Source of the DNA: Paraspadella gotoi
Lineage: Eukaryota; Animalia; Chaetognatha
Reading direction: 5' to 3'
Assembly: GCA_051294375.1 (NCBI GenBank)
Contig: CM119266.1
Span: 7,023,431-7,087,430 of the forward strand
Length of the DNA stretch: 64,000 bases
The notes beneath the pieces are model-generated. The model was given only the letters and a program-made list of their open reading frames with translations. It ran no database searches and was not told where the DNA came from. Position 1 is the first letter of the stretch, and each line of letters opens with the position of its first letter. Positions 56,749-64,000 of this stretch are shown here, piece by piece. Position numbers and translations under genes: made by a program.

Positions 56749-58326
56749 ATGGGGTCGGTAAGCAAGGAATCGGAAACTGACGCGCGAAGGCATTTAAGAC
56801 GCGGCGTCGAAACCGGCGACAAAAGACGTCACGAGGTCGACTGGGACGATACCGAATCAAAACGGCGGCTGCTCGACGTCGCCGACGATGACGACGACGA
56901 CCCCAATTTCGTCGTTGACGAAAACGACGACGAAACTGACGACGATATTCCCTCATCGCCGCTCGAAAAAAGCCCCTCCGCCCTCAGTCGCTCATCGCCG
57001 ATTCCATTCAAACTCCTTTCATCGCTCCTGCCGCCTCCGCCCCGAGGAAACTCCCGTCCGTCCGGTCAAAAACACGTCTGCTCTTTCGCCGGTTGCGGCA
57101 AGACGTTCGGGAAACCCTCGCGTCTTGAGAATCACCTTCGCACTCACACCGGCGAAAGGCCTTTCGTCTGTGACTTCGAAGGCTGCGGAAATTCGTACAC
57201 TCGTAACCAACATCTGCAGCGTCATTTGCGGTCGCACGAGAAAGAGAAGACGACAACAACAACTCGAAAGCCCCACCAAAAAGCACTCCTCGCCGCAGAG
57301 TCCAAAATCCCACGATCTTCCACCGACTCCGCCTTCGTTTGCTCTCATCCCGGTTGCGGCAAACGCCTCGCTTCTGAACGGTCCCTTCGCACCCACGAGA
57401 ACATCCACGGCGCCGTCAGATTTTCTTGCGACATCTCCGGCTGCCGCGCCACTTATCCGTCGGAGAAGTCTCTCAAGCGGCACCGACGCGAGGCTCATCG
57501 CACGGAAACTGCGGCGCCGCTTTTGCCGAAAGTCGTCGTCGTCTCCGCCGAAGAATCCGACGCGACTTCAACGGACGTTGATGAGCGAAATAAGACGACG
57601 ACATCGAGCGACGGGTTCAAGACTTATCCTTGTCCCTCCTGCGATCAAAGGTTCAAGAAGCACTGGCAGTTGAAGACCCACTCTTTCGAACACACCGGAG
57701 TCCTTCCTTTTCCCTGCAAGCGCGAAGGTTGCGATCGCGCCTTTCTTCTTCGGTCTCATTTGCGCCGACACGTAAAACAACGGCATCGAATCCATCGCTG
57801 CGCGGTGCCCGACTGCGGCACCTTCTTCGCTTCCGGCCTCGAGGCGCGGCGTCATCTTAAGGAGGCGCATCCGAAGCCCTGCGCCGTCTGCGGAAAACGC
57901 GTGAGCTCGAATTACGCAAAGGCGCACGCGGCGACGCATTCTGAGAAGAGGACGGCGTTCGAGTGTGCCGTTGAAGGCTGCGGCAGGATTTTCCTCCGGA
58001 GGTCGAACCTCAAACAACACGTTAATTCGAGTCACGGTCAAGAGCGGCGCCTCCAATGCCCCGTCGAGGAGTGCGACCGATCCTTCCAGCACAAGGGGAG
58101 TTTGGATCGGCACGTCAAGAGACACGAGGAAGGGACGGGAGGCAAGGTGGGACGGGATTCGACGAAGAAGAGAGGAAAGAAGAGAACGGACGTCGCAAAA
58201 GCCTTGGCAGGATTGGACGAGGAAGAGGATGAGGAGACGTTGAGATTGGGAGGATTAGAGGACGACGACAACGACAATTACGTTCTTGACTCTTTGAATC
58301 TCGAGTCTCGACACCTAGTATCCTGA
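56749..58326 (+). CDS. GTF3A: Transcription factor IIIA-like C2H2 zinc-finger protein (10 fingers), intronless
   Basis: [85 protein letters not shown]-terminal KKR..AKALAG plus acidic tail. Confidence 0.8.
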   Translation: MGSVSKESETDARRHLRRGVETGDKRRHEVDWDDTESKRRLLDVADDDDDDPNFVVDENDDETDDDIPSSPLEKSPSALSRSSPIPFKLLSSLLPPPPRGNSRPSGQKHVCSFAGCGKTFGKPSRLENHLRTHTGERPFVCDFEGCGNSYTRNQHLQRHLRSHEKEKTTTTTRKPHQKALLAAESKIPRSSTDSAFVCSHPGCGKRLASERSLRTHENIHGAVRFSCDISGCRATYPSEKSLKRHRREAHRTETAAPLLPKVVVVSAEESDATSTDVDERNKTTTSSDGFKTYPCPSCDQRFKKHWQLKTHSFEHTGVLPFPCKREGCDRAFLLRSHLRRHVKQRHRIHRCAVPDCGTFFASGLEARRHLKEAHPKPCAVCGKRVSSNYAKAHAATHSEKRTAFECAVEGCGRIFLRRSNLKQHVNSSHGQERRLQCPVEECDRSFQHKGSLDRHVKRHEEGTGGKVGRDSTKKRGKKRTDVAKALAGLDEEEDEETLRLGGLEDDDNDNYVLDSLNLESRHLVS

Positions 58327-60589
58327 GCGAAGTGCCATGCCCCTTTTTGTTTTATTGTGAAGTTTAAAATGCTCATTTTATAGATTATAGCTTCGTATCT
58401 ACCTGATTGTTAACTAGTTAAAAAAAATCAGTGTTTATTTTGTTTCTTTTATTTTTTCAGTTAATTAATGCAAACAAAAACTTAAGGAGAAAAGACACAT
58501 TCGAAGCGTATAACAAAATCTGTCAGGCGCGGTAGTGACGTGTCACCGAAGGATCTAACATGTGGTTATTTACAATTTTTACAAATTTTTATATTTGTTT
58601 TGTAAAACATCAACGTAATTTTTTGTTAGGTTTCCGTTTTTAAATATAAACAATTTTCTTCACATGTGTTCTGAGCTCCCCAACTCCGCTTCATTATTTT
58701 ATAATTCAAAATAAGATATATAAACTCAATTATTTAACAGCTATTCCGAGGCGCTTAAGACTTAAATCTATAATTCAAAGAACAAAATAAACTTCCGTGT
58801 TGCCCCACAGCCTCCCCCCCGGTATAATATACCGGGCCGGTATATCGATCGGATGTGATTTTTTTCATCCTTATTAATTTGTTTTTTAACGAGTCAAGTC
58901 TTCTCCGCGATGTTGTTGTTGTTCATTTTCTTTTCCTTCTCATTAAAAGAAAGTAAGCGCCCATATTGCGAAGTCAAAAGATATCCTACACTGAGGCGCA
59001 AAAAAAAAAAGACACTTCTTTCACACCGAAGAAAAACTATATTGGATGGATGAATTTCACTGAGATATAAAAACATAAAACAAAGCTTATTGAAAGAAAG
59101 CGATTGGTCCAGGTCCCATTAAAATCGGTCAAAGCGTCAAAGTTATAGGTCGTCAAAGTCGATTGGTACAAAACATCTGACGAGAATAAATTAATTTTAA
59201 TCAAGAAATGTCTCTAACTTTCCTTATTATAATATATTTATCATATGAAATTATCTGAACAAATTAAGCATCAAATATCTGTAAGGATAGGTGTCAACCA
59301 TTTTTAACCTAAATCAAATTAAAATAAGTAGAAAAACAATCTTTTAAAAATAAAGAAAAAGCAGTCGAGTGATAACTTACCCAAGGTAAATTTCAAAGCT
59401 TCTGTGAAGTATTTTGATGCTTCACGCCCGCAGAGTCGCGCGTTCGAGACGTCGCTCGTTCCGTGTAATTTAATGAGGGAGCTTTATGGAAAACTAGCTG
59501 TATTTTCCGCTGAATCACGAGGCCAATTATGAAGGAAAAGTCGTGAATCAAATGCTAAGGCTTTATTTTCAGTAAAATATCCATAAGTTGTCCCGTAAAA
59601 CTGTATTAGGGACGAGCGAATCGTTTCTTGGCTGAGTCTAAATAAGAACTAAAAAATTGTCTCATATCTCTCCAAATTATGACGGTCAAACAAAAGACCA
59701 GCAAAATAACAATGAGACAAAAGAGACGGGTCAAACACAATAATGAAGAATTTTAGGCGAATCTGATTGACCTTAAAATGTTAGAAAGAGACTGAAAAAT
59801 AATTTGGCAAGGCATAGTATTTCACAGCTTCTTTCCTTAAAGCATCTCGTGTTAAATCAGACTAATATAAACTCTTACAATTATATTAAAATTATATTTT
59901 TTTTATCATTAAATTACGTTTTGATTTTGAGATAATTTAAAAAAAATTGATTGTTTTCAATATTTATTATCAAAATGCCATATTTGGCAGCAATTAAAAA
60001 AATATTTAAAAAAAGTAATACAAATTTATTGCCAAACCTTTTATATTTTTAATTTCATTATGATTTTGTTAATTCTATATTGTAAATATCAGTCAGAAAA
60101 AGAAGTGTCATCAATACTAACCTTTGGATATCACTTTTTCCCAATTCTATTTTGAGACTGCGACTTTAAAGTCTTGCTATTCTACTGATTGAACCGATTC
60201 AAATTTTTCTTACACCAATCGACAGCTATTTAAAAGAGCTGTACTTTTCATATATATTTTCTCAAAATTAAAAAAGAAATAGTGGTGTATTTAAAGCTAC
60301 ATAGTATCTTCTTTTTTTTTTGCGTCGCAGTGTATGTACGTTTGGTTGACTCCCCTGCCCAGTTTAAAGATTTTCTTGCCACGAGAAAGTGCAACCATCT
60401 CGAAATCAGGCTCGCCCCGTTCTCACTCTTGCTTCAGGAGATCGTGATATAATCTTCGCTTCGGCGGAAAATCCGAAATGTGGACGTATTTATACTTTCT
60501 CCCCCTCCTTTCTGCCACTTGTCTCGAAATGTCCCTTCTCCTCTCTAAAATCACTCCTTATCTCCTTCACGAAACTATCCTCTTTTACT

Positions 60590-61160
60590 TCACCCCCTCC
60601 TCTCCTCTCCCCTCCTTCCTCTGCCAACTCCTCCTCTCCCCTCTCCTCCCTCTGCCAACTCCTCCTCTCCCCTCTCCTTCCTCTGCCAACTCCTCCTCTC
60701 CCCTCTCCCCCTCGGCAACTCCTCCCTCCCTCTCCCTTCCTCCTGCCACTCCTCCTCTCCCCTCTCTTCCTCTGCCAACTCCTCCTCTCCCTTCCTCTTG
60801 CCAACTCCTCCTCTCCCCTCTCCTCCCTCTGCCACTCCTCCTCTCCCCTCTCCTTCCTCTGCAACTCCTCCTCTCCCCTCTCCTTCCTCTGCCAACTCCT
60901 CCTCTCCCCTCTCTCTTCCTCTGCCAATCCTCCTCTCCCCTCTCCTCCCTGCCAACTCCTCCTCTCCCCTCTCCTCCCTCTGCCAACTCCTCCTCTCCCT
61001 TCCTCCCTTGCCAACTCCTCCTCTCCCCTCTCCTTCCTCGCCAACTCCTCCTCTCCCCTCTCCTTCCTCTGCCAACTCCTCCTCCCCTCTCCTCCCTCTG
61101 CCAACTCTCCTCTCCCTCTCCTTCCCTCTGCCAACTCCTCTCCCCTCTCCTCCCCAACTC
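60590..61160. repeat. ~31-bp CT-rich minisatellite
   Basis: Unit CTCTGCCAACTCCTCCTCTCCCCTCTCCT(T/C)C repeated roughly 18 times. Confidence 0.93.
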
Positions 61161-61465
61161 ATGGACGCGATGATTTTTGTTGTTGTTATTCGCCTCGTGA
61201 TTCGAAGTTTTTGCCGGTGAAAATTTTTACGAGTGAAACTTGAATCGACAGTCGGGACCTCGTCTGGTCTCGGGTGCTTTAATCTTGACGAATGGTTTTC
61301 CTCCGATTGCTCTTCTCGACTTACCTGATGCTCACCTAATTGTCGCCTAACAGCTGAGGAGAGGTATACACTTTATTTGAAATACATTTCTATTTTAGTC
61401 CTCTGCCTTTTACTTTCGCCATCGCCCGGGAAGAGTAAAGATCGTAAAAAAAGGATTGGTCGGCT

Positions 61466-61487
61466 TTCTCTCTCTCTCTCTCTCTCT

Positions 61488-61524
<37 letters not shown>

Positions 61525-61560
61525 CTCTCCTCTCTCTCTCTCTCTCTCTTCCACACACAC
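61466..61560. repeat. (CT)n microsatellite
   Basis: Direct reading. Confidence 0.95.
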
Positions 61561-62476
61561 GCTCTTTCCGACCTCGAGTCACTCGATCCTCTCACTGTGT
61601 GATATTCGCTCCCTCGTTTTTCGCTGTGAGAATCCAAAGCAAAAATAACAAGAAAAAATTTTCGAACCGCGCTTTTTTCTTTTTGACGACGACGATGATG
61701 ACGACGATTACGAAGACGACGACCCGGGTAAAAACTTTTGGTTCATTGAGTGCAGCCTAAGAATCATCGTCAATCCGCATCTGTTATGCATCCCATTTTT
61801 TTAGGAACTTTTTAACCGGGCCACCCGATACATATTTTCATTTTCGATGATACATTATTTGAAATATTATAAAATTTGTATTTTTGTGCTTAATTAACAT
61901 TTTTAACCTTTTTTTTCTCCTCTGAAATTTTCCCTAGATTTTTACACTCAGGGGGAAATCGTAACTTTTTTTTGGAGGCCAAAGTCGGCGAAGATGCGAC
62001 CACCACACGAACAGTGCCTTATCTCGTACTCGTAGCTTCGGTACAACAGAATTCTTCCAAATCTTTTTACTTTTTTCCTCAATTTTTTTTGTGGCTCGAG
62101 TCTCGTCTGATCTTTACTCATGACGAATCCCCGGGAGGAGATGTCTTCGCCTTGAGGCTTTCGAGCCAAAAAACAAAAGGTGAGGCAACGGGACATTCCG
62201 AGCGGAATGGGGCGGGGAAATCCGGTAATATTGCGACTTAAGAAGATGCGCCCACGCATTGAGAAATCAAGATTGAAAAGTGGGGGGAAATCCGGTTTAA
62301 GAATTCGTCATCAACAAAAGTGGATTTTATTTTGGAAGGGGGGAACTGTTCCAATAAAGTTTTTGCCTCGTGTATCAGTGTTTTCGAAGAAGTAAAACAA
62401 ATCTCGTGAAGGACCCAACTGTTAATACCAATATTATATTCGTCTTGATGTATGTGTCTTTGTTTTTACAGCATCG

Positions 62477-64000
62477 ATGGACAAACAAAGCCGACTACTG
62501 CCCTTCACCGGGCTGCCTAAGCTTCGATCCGGGCGCCACGGCCCCGATTCCTTCGGCTGCGGACGAAATTCGAAGGTAAGTTTAAACAAGTTTTAAACAA
62601 ATATTTTATGGACTCACAAGTCTCAACCTCTTCCTTACCTTTTATTTTGAGATCTCTTTTATATATACCGAGCATAAAAAAGTTTAATGATAACGAGGCT
62701 TCATCGAAATTGAGGCCGTTCCATCATAAAACCTAGTTCGCACTCAATTAAACCCGCGGCCTTTTTTGTTTTATCCTTTTTGCGAATCGATCATTGAACC
62801 CCAGCTGCGAGGTTTCGGCATTAAACCTAAGGCTAAGCCGCCGTCTCATCCTTCGTCCTTTCTTCTAAATCCGTGACCCTTAAAATCTTAATTCAATCTT
62901 CTTTTTAATTTAAAAGCCTTTCTCAATTTTCTCAAGTTTTATTTCTTTGTAAAAGAAAAAAAAATCTTGTGAGAAAGAATTGAATTCGGTCTGGTGGGGG
63001 ATGTTTTTTTTTCTTTTCGTCAAGGAAAATGTTTTGAAGGGAAACGCCCTTTCGTTCCTCTCGATTGAGATGGACGCCGAATCGTTAAATTCAATTTCCG
63101 CTTTGTCCGGGGAGAAAAGTTTGAGCCGCTGTCGTTAATTAACGATCGTTTGAAAACTTAACGCGAAATTGAATTATTAGAGATTCGCTTTTTGTATCTC
63201 TTGTCCTCAATTGTCAGATGTTAAGTTGTCTTTTGTATGTCTTGTCCTCAATGGTCAGATGTTAAGTTGTCTTTTGTATGTCTTGTCCTCAATGGTCAGA
63301 TGTTGAGTTGTCTTTTGTATCTCTTGTCCTCAATTGTCTTCGTTTCTTCCTCAGCCTTGGAATCGCACGCCGTCCGTGGGAGTGGCTCCATTCGTCGGAC
63401 CACGTCTTCCATTTCCGTCGCAAGGATCGACGCCTAACGACGCGGGGGCGGCGTTTCGTGCCGCGACGCCGCTCGCTTCCGACGCAGCGTTTCGGGCTCC
63501 GCCGCCGACCGACGGCGCCGCTTTTCGCCGCTCTTTTTTTCCGTCGTCGCCCGGCGTCAAGTCGCCGCTGAACAAGTCTCTGTCGACGCCTATGAACAAC
63601 AACTACCACAACCAAAACAAAAACAACGGCCAACACTTTAAAAACAACAGCAACAACAACAACAAAGTATACAACAGCAAATTCGACCAAAATTCACCTC
63701 CCGTCCGTTCGTCCGGCGACGACGACGCCTCCTCTGGGTCGTCGCCCGATGACGCCTCCCACGCTGCCGTGGCGCAGATTGAAGAACTCGTCTCCTCCTT
63801 GGCGCGGTACTTCGACGCCGTCAAGCTTTGCTACGCCAACACAGTCTCCGTAGCTCAGTCCTTCTCCGCCCTCATGCACCGCGACGCCAACGCCGCCAAT
63901 GCCGACGCCGCCGGCCGATTTCTCGTCGCCGCCCGCGAAACCGGCGCCCGCGTCATCAATGACGCCCAGAGGCGCAAAGAGGCGTCGGCGGCGGAATTGG
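62477..64000 (+). CDS. Unidentified protein, 5' part (exon 62477-62575 and exon 63355 to window end)
   Basis: MDKQSRLLPF..RNSK|GTAAG joins in phase to CAG|PWNRTPSVG..; frame stays open to 64000 with exon-like GC codon usage, an Asn-rich linker and a helical segment (AQIEELVSSLARYFDAVKLCY). Confidence 0.6.
63190..63338. repeat. 41-bp tandem repeat, ~3.5 copies, intronic
   Basis: Unit TTTTGTATGTCTTGTCCTCAATGGTCAGATGTTAAGTTGTC. Confidence 0.9.

Noticed and set aside
58818-58852. Short palindrome CCCGGTATAATATACCGGG
   Set aside because: Too short and isolated to assign a function.
60389-61243. Long Pro/Ser/Leu or Gly/Arg/Glu ORFs in all six frames
   Set aside because: Arise from a stop-free 31-bp CT minisatellite.

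Overview
Eukaryotic (invertebrate animal) genomic DNA with GC/CpG-rich exons, short AT-rich introns and several transposon-filled introns. Fifteen consecutive non-TE protein-coding genes lie on the + strand: DMAP1, MRPS18B, a large Tudor/zinc-knuckle/PAM2/RGG protein, VAMP7, ERI3, RPL23, CYFIP/Sra-1, TOMM70, a CNBP-like protein, three intronless SLC17/sialin-like paralogs, TAB1, TFIIIA, and an unidentified gene running off the end. The only supported - strand gene is a SPATA4-like gene nested in a TAB1 intron. Stop-to-start spacers are as short as 110-135 nt, and nearly every start codon is preceded by a pyrimidine-tract+AG acceptor with no evident partner donor, followed by an A-rich leader. 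This strongly suggests a long polycistronic operon resolved by spliced-leader trans-splicing (inference). Mobile DNA includes a CsRn1-clade Ty3/Gypsy element with a foldback element inserted in its 5' LTR, a solo LTR and an LTR+PBS remnant of a second family, MITEs, Helentron/DINE-like elements, two Penelope-type minimal hammerhead ribozyme motifs and a highly structured ~245-nt dispersed intronic element. Gene identities come from remembered motif similarity and exon models were spliced by hand; no database searches were run.
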